Part shown: piece by piece, positions 29,050-36,751 of the stretch | Layout of the letters: each line of letters begins with the position of its first letter | Position numbering within the stretch: the first letter of the stretch is position 1 | Sequence record: MG748548 | DNA: 64,000 nucleotides | From: Escherichia phage EP335 | Reading direction: 5' to 3' (one strand) | Translations under genes and position numbers: made by a program | Notes under the pieces: model-generated | Seen by the model: the letters and a program-made list of their open reading frames with translations, nothing else | Databases searched by the model: none | What the model was told of the DNA's origin: nothing

Positions 29050-29085
29050 TTATATAAAAGAAAAGGCCACCCAAACGGGTAGCCT
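29050..29085 (-). terminator. Rho-independent terminator (AGGCUACCC-GUUU-GGGUGGCCU then U-run)
   Basis: 9-bp stem with one G-U pair followed by UUUCUUUUAU on the - strand, just downstream of the stop at 29090. Confidence 0.6.
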
Positions 29086-29089
29086 CTGA

Positions 29090-29404
29090 TTAACTAGAGC
29101 TTAAAGCTCCTTTGCGACCGCCAGCTGATTTTCCAGCGCGATCTCCACTTTTGCCGCCAGCTGAACGATTTCCGCTGACTGTCTCAACACGTAAATTGCT
29201 TGACGCATTAGAGCCTCCTGATTTAATGGCTCGTTTGTGTCCGACATCTTTACCTTTGAGTGCAGATTTTCCAACGCGTTTTTCAACGATGCGACGTGCA
29301 CGGTGGCGCTGAGCATCTCCGCTCTTACTTCCAATTCCCGTTTCACCTCTTGCGATGGCTGTACGTCTTTCTTGTGCATAATCTCTTTTAGCCTTATCAG
29401 TCAT
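29090..29404 (-). CDS. Highly basic Gly/Ser/Arg/Lys-rich protein
   Basis: Strong RBS AAGGAG 7 nt before ATG 29404 and an upstream TAATGTATA motif; an alternative-frame ORF (29101..29379) is embedded. Confidence 0.45.
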   Translation of the reverse strand: MTDKAKRDYAQERRTAIARGETGIGSKSGDAQRHRARRIVEKRVGKSALKGKDVGHKRAIKSGGSNASSNLRVETVSGNRSAGGKSGDRAGKSAGGRKGALSSS

Positions 29405-29440
29405 TTACAACTCCTTAATATATCAGTGTACACTAAGGAG

Positions 29441-29449
29441 TATACATTA
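29441..29449 (-). promoter_or_regulatory. TAATGTATA promoter-like element upstream of the basic-protein gene
   Basis: Reverse complement of 29441-29449 is TAATGTATA, about 40 nt upstream of ATG 29404. Confidence 0.4.
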
Positions 29450-29462
29450 TGAGAGGGTAGCT

Positions 29463-30203
29463 TTAGTTGCCATCCTTCTCCATAGCTTTAACGATTGCTT
29501 TACAGAAACCAGAACGAACAATATCATCCGAGTCACCATCAACAATATCAGCGAACTCATACAGATCGTGCTCGTCAATGAACTCGGTAGCCCAAGTAAG
29601 ACCACTCTCTCGACCTTTCATATCGTGCTGGTTAGTGTCACCCATGCAGAACAGCTGGGATGTTTCACCCAAGCGAGTCATAATAGAGAATGCTTCATCT
29701 TTGGTTGTATTCTGGAACTCATCCACAATAACAATGGCATCATTGAAAGAGCGACCACGGAGATATTCCAGAGGTACGAACTCAATATTACCGTTACCAA
29801 GCTGGCATTCATAGAAACCTTTACCATACCGCTGAGTGATTACATCAACAATAGGCATTAGGTACGGTTCGAACTTATCACGAAGCCCACCCGGAAGTAG
29901 TCCAAGAGAGTTACCCATGCCAACAGAAGGTCGGCTAATGATAATCTTTTGAATCTTACCGCTCTTCAGTGCATCAATGACAGTAGAGGTGATGACGAAC
30001 GTCTTACCACAGCCCGCAGGAGCGTCTGTGAACACCACTTGTTTAGTCTTGATAGCATTGAGCAGCTCAGATTGAAACTGATTCTGAGGGACCACTGGCT
30101 TCGCTAAAACAACCTCTTCATATTCACGCTTACCCTTCTTGGTGACTAAGGCTTCACGACGTAAATCTTTACGAGACTCTCTACGGGACTGTCTACGGCT
30201 CAT
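29463..30203 (-). CDS. phoH: PhoH-like ATPase
   Basis: Walker A DAPAGCGKTF, Walker B IVIVDEFQN and overall PhoH-like layout. Confidence 0.8.
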   Translation of the reverse strand: MSRRQSRRESRKDLRREALVTKKGKREYEEVVLAKPVVPQNQFQSELLNAIKTKQVVFTDAPAGCGKTFVITSTVIDALKSGKIQKIIISRPSVGMGNSLGLLPGGLRDKFEPYLMPIVDVITQRYGKGFYECQLGNGNIEFVPLEYLRGRSFNDAIVIVDEFQNTTKDEAFSIMTRLGETSQLFCMGDTNQHDMKGRESGLTWATEFIDEHDLYEFADIVDGDSDDIVRSGFCKAIVKAMEKDGN

Positions 30204-30385
30204 TTGCGCTCTCCTAGCTCTTCGTAATTAAATACAGAGGTTCGACAATCTTTACATGTTGTTGTATAGACCCGAACATTAATGAACTTCTTGTTCTTCC
30301 CTTTGGTGGGTGAGCCTTTAGCAAGCTCACTAATAACCTTAGAACTCAGGTTTAGGTTTGTGCCCTCGCATTTAGAGCACTTCAC
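30200..30385 (-). CDS. Small zinc-ribbon protein
   Basis: Two CxxC pairs (CSKC...CKDC); GTG start overlapping the upstream stop (GTGA). Confidence 0.45.
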   Translation of the reverse strand: MKCSKCEGTNLNLSSKVISELAKGSPTKGKNKKFINVRVYTTTCKDCRTSVFNYEELGERK

Positions 30386-30548
30386 TCAGGCTCACCAACA
30401 GTAACTTCCCATACAACTTGAGAGATGATATTGTTGATCTGTTTGATTTGCTCGTGAGTCAGTTGCATGCCTTTCATTTTCCGAGAGGCATTACTTCGTG
30501 CTCTTCGCTGACGGTAGAAGTTATTCTTCTTAACAGAGTGTAAGCTAC

Positions 30549-30794
30549 TCATTTCACAAGCTCCACTTCTTCAATGCTGTACCCTTCATAATCCCACTCA
30601 TCTCCCCAATAACTCTCCTTACCTTCGAGAAGTGATTCAATAACTCGCTCACGGTGTTTATCTGGAATAGGAAGACTTTCTAAATCCTTGCGTTCAGGGG
30701 GTGATAGAAAAACTTTGACAGCATAGGAGTAATCAGAACTCCCTTCCATCTCTCCTGCAAGTTTTGTTAAGACGAAACATTTAGATGCAGTCAT
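30549..30794 (-). CDS. Hypothetical acidic protein
   Basis: 81-aa ORF. Confidence 0.4.
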   Translation of the reverse strand: MTASKCFVLTKLAGEMEGSSDYSYAVKVFLSPPERKDLESLPIPDKHRERVIESLLEGKESYWGDEWDYEGYSIEEVELVK

Positions 30795-30976
30795 TTCACA
30801 ACCTTAAACTTAAATGTTGTTGGGTGGTAGTAGTGTAACCTGTTTATTGTATGCTTAGTCTCATGATACAGGATACAAGAGTGGCACATTGAATGGTGCA
30901 AACAGGTTACTGGATTACGTTTGAAATTGGCAATAAGCTTCCGCTTGTTACAGAAGCTACATGTTTTGTGTAAGTC
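30791..30976 (-). CDS. Cys/His-rich small protein (zinc-finger-like)
   Basis: Internal ATG immediately after the ThyX-like stop; CSFC...CLHHSMCHSC. Confidence 0.4.
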   Translation of the reverse strand, partial: DLHKTCSFCNKRKLIANFKRNPVTCLHHSMCHSCILYHETKHTINRLHYYHPTTFKFKVVK

Positions 30977-30978
30977 CA

Positions 30979-31635
30979 TTAACTCTCCAGAGTTTTCCTT
31001 AGAGCTGACCAAGAAATTGGGTAGAGTTTAGCCATCTCTTCATCTAATGACTGAGCAAACAGTCGAACTTCATACTGAGCATGGGATGATAGTCGTTGAC
31101 GACACAATTCAAACCAGCCATACAAACTACCAGTCCATACCCACTCAGTAATCATCCCCTGAGGAAGAACAAAGCGAGCTTGCTCTGGTGCAACAAATTC
31201 AATTAATTTGTCATAGGCTGCCAGTGAAGCCTCATACGCATTATTGATTAGCATTAATGCTTCGGCTCGTTCTCCGTTGACAAGCTGTGTCCCTGAACCT
31301 GCATGGAGGTCCGAAGGTCTCGCAAAAATCTCTTTAGGGATGAAGACTTCAACTGCTCCATCTTTATACCGCCGGGACATTTCGTTCCACGAGAATCCAA
31401 CCTGATGTTTTTGTAGTTGACGAGCTATTGCAATTGGAGCTTTACATCGAAAAGATACTTGAGGGTGTCTGAACGGAGTACAGTGTTTCTCTCTGGCAAG
31501 AAAGTTGATTAATCGAGTATCACGATCATTCAAATCACCCTCTCGCACAACACCGAAAGAAACTCTTGCAGCATTAACAACTGTTTTATCACTACCCATA
31601 GCTTCAATCAATGTTGCCTTCAATTGTTCATTCAT
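30979..31635 (-). CDS. thyX: ThyX-like protein (flavin-dependent thymidylate synthase family; RHR motif replaced by KHQ)
   Basis: FRHPQVSFRC and QLQKHQVGFSWNEMSRRY align with ThyX FEHVSF and QLVRHRxxSxxxxSxRY blocks. Confidence 0.65.
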   Translation of the reverse strand: MNEQLKATLIEAMGSDKTVVNAARVSFGVVREGDLNDRDTRLINFLAREKHCTPFRHPQVSFRCKAPIAIARQLQKHQVGFSWNEMSRRYKDGAVEVFIPKEIFARPSDLHAGSGTQLVNGERAEALMLINNAYEASLAAYDKLIEFVAPEQARFVLPQGMITEWVWTGSLYGWFELCRQRLSSHAQYEVRLFAQSLDEEMAKLYPISWSALRKTLES

Positions 31636-32110
31636 ACTTCAACTTCTCCTTGTTATAAGCAATCTCTGCTTCCTCTGGAGTGTGGAAAGTTCCCAAATGT
31701 TTAGTCTTTCCGCCAACTCCGATGATAGCTCTGAATTTTGTACCACTCGCCGTCTCTCTGATATAGACACCCATTGGGAGCTTTCCAGCTTTTCCGGCTC
31801 TGTTATATTGTTTCCTGTTATGACAGTTTGTAGATGGGTCAACATCTCTTAGGTTTTTAAGAGAGTCATCCAGTTTAATCTGGTTGATATGATCAATCTC
31901 AAACTCAGGCATCTTTCCATAAGAGAAAAACCAAGCTAAACGACAAGCTCTGTAAGATTTTCCTTCGTAATAAATATACCTGTAACCTAGTGTAGAGATA
32001 CACCCAGCAATATTCCCAGCCACCCGTCTACCTTTGGTATTCTTCCACCGAAAGATTCCAGTTTCAGGGTCATAAGACAGGTCTTCTTTTATCTTGTCAG
32101 TTAATATCAA
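31628..32110 (-). CDS. HNH homing endonuclease with AP2-type DNA-binding domain
   Basis: HNH core EIDHINQIKLDDSLKNLR plus AP2-like GVYIRETASGTKFRAIIGVGGKTKHLGTFHTPEEAEIAYN. Confidence 0.75.
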   Translation of the reverse strand: MILTDKIKEDLSYDPETGIFRWKNTKGRRVAGNIAGCISTLGYRYIYYEGKSYRACRLAWFFSYGKMPEFEIDHINQIKLDDSLKNLRDVDPSTNCHNRKQYNRAGKAGKLPMGVYIRETASGTKFRAIIGVGGKTKHLGTFHTPEEAEIAYNKEKLKYE

Positions 32111-32372
32111 AAGCTGTTACCAAGAAAGATTTCAGGTTTGCTTCAGTCTGCATACCAGATAAGCTATAATGTGCACCGCTGTTACGGTTAGGTACGATGA
32201 AAGCAGGAATACTTCGTACACCGTATTCGATAGCTCGATCACGACCATTGCCTTCGAGGATGTTAACCTCTTCAACTTCTAGGTTAAGCTCTTCAGCTAA
32301 TTTGTTGAGGGTAGGGGCCATTGCTTTGCAAGGAGCACACTGATTACTATAAAACTTAATAACTTTATTCAT
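32097..32372 (-). CDS. Thioredoxin
   Basis: Active-site CAPC in the expected position of an ~90-aa thioredoxin fold. Confidence 0.7.
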   Translation of the reverse strand: MNKVIKFYSNQCAPCKAMAPTLNKLAEELNLEVEEVNILEGNGRDRAIEYGVRSIPAFIVPNRNSGAHYSLSGMQTEANLKSFLVTAFDIN

Positions 32373-32552
32373 TCACTCTTCCCATTTACAAACAGCTCAA
32401 GATGTCGCTTGGTAGTGGGGACTACGATATAGTCCTTGTAGCCATGAGACTTAGCAAGCTCTTCTGCTATCTTTTTGGTAGCACCTAATGCTACTACACA
32501 TCGGCACACGATGATTGTGTGCGCTTTGTATTCATCTTTGTTCATAAAAACC

Positions 32553-32738
32553 TTAAGCAGTGATCAGGTGGAGGATAAACGGGATGACTACAGAGATGAT
32601 AACCCAAGCAACAGATGCGATTTGAATTTCAGCTTTCTTGTCAGGAGTTTCTTCAATAAGTTTCTTGCTACCATAATAAACACCTCCGCCAATGAGAAGT
32701 GCCCAAATACTCCAAATGATTGCTGATAACATATTCAA
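32553..32738 (-). CDS. Small membrane protein with two TM segments (holin-like topology)
   Basis: Two hydrophobic helices separated by a charged loop. Confidence 0.4.
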   Translation of the reverse strand: MNMLSAIIWSIWALLIGGGVYYGSKKLIEETPDKKAEIQIASVAWVIISVVIPFILHLITA

Positions 32739-32790
32739 TTCCTTATAAATAAGTTCGCCCTACCTCGGATTAGGAGACAGGGCGGAGGTT

Positions 32791-33378
32791 TTAGTATGAG
32801 ACGTCACTAGAGTGTGACATGTTACTTTTAACGAAGTAGCAATACTTGCCTAACCCTTCGTTGATTTCTTGGAGCATGCTCTGGTCAACTGGATACTCGC
32901 TCAAACATCCATCGAACTCATCCATTTTGTCAATCATGCACATTAAAGACATGCACATATCAGAGAGCATACCATCCATATCTAGGTCTGCATTTCCTTC
33001 AGAGAACCAAGAGTGTGATAGGTAGTTAGAAGCAGTTGCATCCACCTTAATACAGTGGAAACGCATACGTTCAGCTATCCGATCACCTGTCTCACGAGCA
33101 TAATCTTCAAGCTCATCAAACATTCCATGAACACCCTGAAATCCTGCACCAGATACGTTCCAGTGATAATTCTTAGCTTTGATATGCAAGAGTTCTAAAT
33201 TAGCTTGAATACCGCATAGAATGTGTTCTAGGCTGTTTCCACTAATCATCCCTTGCATACGCTCTAAACGGGAGATAGAAGAGTCTGTTTCACGTAATAC
33301 ATCACGGAAAGAAGTCTCTTTTGTTAGAGTTGGTAGGTCGAAAACATTGTGATTAGGCATTAGGATTCTCTCCATCAA
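32791..33378 (-). CDS. Dps/ferritin-like protein
   Basis: NYHWNVSGAGFQGVHGMFDELEDYARETGDRIAERM matches the Dps ferroxidase-centre region (HWN..G..F...H..F.E...........AER). Confidence 0.6.
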   Translation of the reverse strand: MMERILMPNHNVFDLPTLTKETSFRDVLRETDSSISRLERMQGMISGNSLEHILCGIQANLELLHIKAKNYHWNVSGAGFQGVHGMFDELEDYARETGDRIAERMRFHCIKVDATASNYLSHSWFSEGNADLDMDGMLSDMCMSLMCMIDKMDEFDGCLSEYPVDQSMLQEINEGLGKYCYFVKSNMSHSSDVSY

Positions 33379-33682
33379 GTTCTACTGAGTTCGCAACATT
33401 GCGTGTAATGTTATCCATTACCTGTTGGGTGATAACGATGCAGTTCTGTGGGTCAACCGACTTAGAACGTCCCATCTCAGGGTCATACACTTTAACGCGC
33501 TTTGCTGTAGAACCAGTTACCTGTAACACCTTGAGAAGATAACCCTGATTCCCGATAGACCATGCAACAACATCACGATTCTTGATGAATCGACCAAGCA
33601 TATCACGATGATAGAACTGCTGCATAACCTTTGATTTATTAATCTCTTCGGCTGGCGGAGCCACTTTACTCAAATCTAACAT
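33353..33682 (-). CDS. Hypothetical protein
   Basis: 109-aa ORF; AAATGTATATA motif 40 nt upstream. Confidence 0.45.
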   Translation of the reverse strand: MLDLSKVAPPAEEINKSKVMQQFYHRDMLGRFIKNRDVVAWSIGNQGYLLKVLQVTGSTAKRVKVYDPEMGRSKSVDPQNCIVITQQVMDNITRNVANSVELDGENPNA

Positions 33683-33754
33683 TTCACTCTCTCCTGTTCA
33701 ATACAATATTCTTATACTGTATATACATTTGAGAGTGATCATATCTACTACCAA

Positions 33755-33961
33755 CTAGTAGAAAACTGCTTTGGATATAAAAGAGCCAGTATTAGGGTCC
33801 TCATGCCATCGATGCATAGTGACTTTTGAGATAACCTTGCAAGCTTTCAAGTTTTTCTTGGTGAGACGAGCTTCTTCTCTGGTGTTGAATAACTTGATGG
33901 TATCTTTACCCACACGCTCTTCTACTCTCCACACTATTCGTATAGCCCACATCTTTTTCAT
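33755..33961 (-). CDS. Small protein, member 1 of a tandem paralog triplet
   Basis: MKKMWAIRIVWRVEE..., similar in length and pattern to the next two genes. Confidence 0.45.
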   Translation of the reverse strand: MKKMWAIRIVWRVEERVGKDTIKLFNTREEARLTKKNLKACKVISKVTMHRWHEDPNTGSFISKAVFY

Positions 33962-34176
33962 TAGTAATGTACCTTTCCGCTGATATAAATACGGCCTGAG
34001 GTATACTCATAGCCCTTGAGGATTTTGACAGAGGAAACACTATTCATCCCACTGAGAGATTTCTTAAGATTACGTGAACCCTCTCGTGTTTTCTGATAGG
34101 TCATGGTTGTATTACCATTATCCCACTCTATCTTAACTATCCAAATTCTTTTCATAAGACCTGCTCTCTTTACCAT
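33961..34176 (-). CDS. Small protein, member 2 of the tandem paralog triplet
   Basis: MVKRAGLMKRIWIVKIEWDNG...; stop/start coupled to neighbours. Confidence 0.45.
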   Translation of the reverse strand: MVKRAGLMKRIWIVKIEWDNGNTTMTYQKTREGSRNLKKSLSGMNSVSSVKILKGYEYTSGRIYISGKVHY

Positions 34177-34373
34177 TAGTAGTACACCTTGCTATTGGCG
34201 AAAAAAGCACCTTCGCTATTCACAATAGCTTTTCCTAATGTAACCTTGTTAAGTCTAAAAGTAGACTTGTATTGATTTTTGACCCTACGTGCGTGATCTC
34301 GAGTCTTAACAAAATCTACAGCTACCAAGTCTCCAGTCATGTTATCATGTACACGAACAATCCACTTTTTCAT
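34176..34373 (-). CDS. Small protein, member 3 of the tandem paralog triplet
   Basis: MKKWIVRVHDNMTGDLVAVDF...; ends in YY like member 1. Confidence 0.45.
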   Translation of the reverse strand: MKKWIVRVHDNMTGDLVAVDFVKTRDHARRVKNQYKSTFRLNKVTLGKAIVNSEGAFFANSKVYY

Positions 34374-34907
34374 TTACACACCCTTAGAAGCAACAACACC
34401 TTCGCTACCATTGTAGCGACCTTTAACTGCATAGGAATGCTCACCAGCATGTGAATGCTCAAACATCACCATCTGACCGACACGCATACCAGCACGAACC
34501 CGTAAGCTGTGGTGCTTGGTTACGTTATGGAACTCAAATGTCAGCTTGCTATTGTTAAACCCAGCGTCTGCCCAACCAGCGTGCAAGTGGTTCAAGCCAC
34601 AACGAGCCATTGAAGATCGTAGAACAAACAAGCTGGAGATGTTATCTGGGAGGTTGAACTCTTCCATTGAGTGAGCCAAGAAGAATTGTCCCGGAGTGAT
34701 GATAATGCCATCTTCAGGGATTTTTACTTCTTTCCACTTGAGGTTTTCTTTCGCATCAATGTCAACAATCCCATCAGCCTGTTCTTCAATAAGGATAGTA
34801 TCACCAACACGGATATCCACACTAGCAGCGTTAACATACTTATGCTCCGCATCCAGAAAACCGTTGTCGATAACGTCGTGTAATTCCATGCTTCCTAATA
34901 AACTCAT
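34374..34907 (-). CDS. dcd: dCTP deaminase (dUTPase-fold)
   Basis: SVDIRVGD, PGQFFLAHSMEEFNLPDN, RSSMARCGL and AGWADAGF align with E. coli Dcd TVDVRLG, PGELALAVTLESVTLPAD, RSSLARLGL, PGWSG. Confidence 0.8.
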   Translation of the reverse strand: MSLLGSMELHDVIDNGFLDAEHKYVNAASVDIRVGDTILIEEQADGIVDIDAKENLKWKEVKIPEDGIIITPGQFFLAHSMEEFNLPDNISSLFVLRSSMARCGLNHLHAGWADAGFNNSKLTFEFHNVTKHHSLRVRAGMRVGQMVMFEHSHAGEHSYAVKGRYNGSEGVVASKGV

Positions 34908-34921
34908 TCTTATTCCTTATG

Positions 34922-36202
34922 TTAATCTGCGATACTGTCGCTTTCGTCCATCCAGACTGGACTGTTAACCTGTCCTAGACGACGAGCTGATGTTTCGTTA
35001 ATAGAGTTAACCCCTGCTGTGCGAGGGTTTGTGTACCACGGTCGAGCTATGGTGCCCTCTCGAATCACTTGGTTCGTTTCGACATGCCATCTGTTTGATA
35101 CCGTGTTGGCTCCGAAGTTACCACCCGCCCCACCACTAACAGGTACAGCTTGAGCTGGTTGGTTTACTCGGTTAGTTCCTGCCCCAAAGGCTGCTGCAAA
35201 TTCAGACACACGTGCATCAAATGAAGAACGAACACGCTGAGTAGGTGATATATCATTTCGTGTATCTACTGCACGAGGCATAGCCCAAGTATCATCTGTT
35301 GAGATATCAGGGGTAGGCTCTTGCTCTAGAGGTTGAAGATTAGCTGTCCATTGACTATTCAGTATACGATAGAAATCTGCACCATAACCACTTCGGATAA
35401 CATCCTCTCTGACACCAAAGAAGCGACTGATATCCCCACCGATTCGGGCTAGTTTGTCATTGTATGCAGGTATGATTATTCCACCCTCTGTCACTAAATC
35501 AGAGACACGACTTGTTGTAAGTGGTGAAGTGATCCAACAATAATAATCAGTAATGTGACCATCGTATCCGAAGAATGCAATCTCTGCATCAGGCCATTTC
35601 TTGTGGACATATGCCACTTCACGGTTAGAACAAACAGGGATTGCACCTGTTTCAGTCATTGCATAGAAGCCGTCAGAAGAGAACCAAAGTGAATCTAGTG
35701 CTAAGAATCCACGACACACGCTCGGGAAAGTAGCAGCCAGCGCCCCAAGTGAGGTAGGTTCATTGAACATTAACTGAATCTTTGCACCCTGATAATTAAT
35801 CTCTAGGATATCTACAAAATTCAAAGAAGACCCAGGGGCATATTGATTATTACTTCGTCCAATATCCTGCTCAATGAGAAGAGATCTTGTTTCAACACCA
35901 TGAGCCTCTGCCCACTCTTTGAAATCTTCAAGGAACAAGCGAGCCTTAGCTCGCCACATCGACCGATCAATTACAGACTGTCTCGGCAATCCACCCTCTG
36001 TAGTGATGAGAAAGATATCAATGTCGTGAGGTTCACGCGTCTGAAAGATTGCATCCCTAACAGCACCACCTGCAATGATAGGGTACACACCATCAGGGAT
36101 TAAACGGTTTGCAATCAACTCGTTAATTAACGTAAGACCAGACACAAGCTGCGGACTATCATCAATCCGTCGACGAATTAGTGCATTAGGGATATTATAC
36201 AT
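34922..36202 (-). CDS. Pol-beta superfamily nucleotidyltransferase (CCA-adding-enzyme-like head domain) with long Gly/Asn-rich C-terminal region
   Basis: IIAGGAVRDAIFQTREPHDIDIFLI matches the GG-x-R-D ... D-x-D nucleotidyltransferase motif of class II CCA-adding / poly(A) polymerase enzymes. Confidence 0.55.
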   Translation of the reverse strand: MYNIPNALIRRRIDDSPQLVSGLTLINELIANRLIPDGVYPIIAGGAVRDAIFQTREPHDIDIFLITTEGGLPRQSVIDRSMWRAKARLFLEDFKEWAEAHGVETRSLLIEQDIGRSNNQYAPGSSLNFVDILEINYQGAKIQLMFNEPTSLGALAATFPSVCRGFLALDSLWFSSDGFYAMTETGAIPVCSNREVAYVHKKWPDAEIAFFGYDGHITDYYCWITSPLTTSRVSDLVTEGGIIIPAYNDKLARIGGDISRFFGVREDVIRSGYGADFYRILNSQWTANLQPLEQEPTPDISTDDTWAMPRAVDTRNDISPTQRVRSSFDARVSEFAAAFGAGTNRVNQPAQAVPVSGGAGGNFGANTVSNRWHVETNQVIREGTIARPWYTNPRTAGVNSINETSARRLGQVNSPVWMDESDSIAD

Positions 36203-36751
36203 TTACATTTTCCAATATAAAGATGGGGGGTCATTTGGGTCAAAGTTTGCAATATGACAAAGATATTTATAAACCTTAACCGTTAAGTTTACGTCCTGTT
36301 CACAATAAGTAAACATGTCCTCTGTAAAGGCATCCCATGCTTCTTCCTGTTCACCGTAATCGCCCTTAAGCTCTTCTAAGAACTCACCCCATTGCTTTAA
36401 GCCATGACCTCTTGGGCCATGTCTAGGGTCGCCTTTCGGATACTCAGGACTGTCACCAATACGGTCAGGTTTAAGATACCGACTCAGACATAAAGTGTCT
36501 AGGACGTTGAATTTGTATTTGATTAATTTCGGATATACTTTCTTCAGAGCTGGAAGGTCGAAGTCAATAATATTATGACCTACAACAATATCAGCCTCTG
36601 TAAGTTTCTTGATACCCTCTTCAATCTGGTGAGGACGAAATCCCCACCGTTCACCAGTTGCTATATCGAAGATAAAGATACACCATACGTTTGTGATATT
36701 GTCGTACAGTGCATCACTCTCAATATCAAATGCGTAGACTTTCTTTACCAC
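36203..36751 (-). CDS. DNA polymerase family A, 3'-5' exonuclease domain (T7 gp5 N-terminal-like), separate gene
   Basis: Exo I AFDIESD, Exo [13 protein letters not shown], Exo [12 protein letters not shown]; [11 protein letters not shown] and [19 protein letters not shown] resemble T7 gp5 N-terminal blocks; stop after ~182 aa. Confidence 0.85.
   Translation of the reverse strand: MVKKVYAFDIESDALYDNITNVWCIFIFDIATGERWGFRPHQIEEGIKKLTEADIVVGHNIIDFDLPALKKVYPKLIKYKFNVLDTLCLSRYLKPDRIGDSPEYPKGDPRHGPRGHGLKQWGEFLEELKGDYGEQEEAWDAFTEDMFTYCEQDVNLTVKVYKYLCHIANFDPNDPPSLYWKM

Noticed and set aside
36196-36204. AAATGTATA promoter-like match on the - strand at the exonuclease/nucleotidyltransferase junction.
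   Set aside because: It coincides with the start codons ATG-TAT-AAT (M-Y-N) of the nucleotidyltransferase gene; the match is explained by coding sequence.
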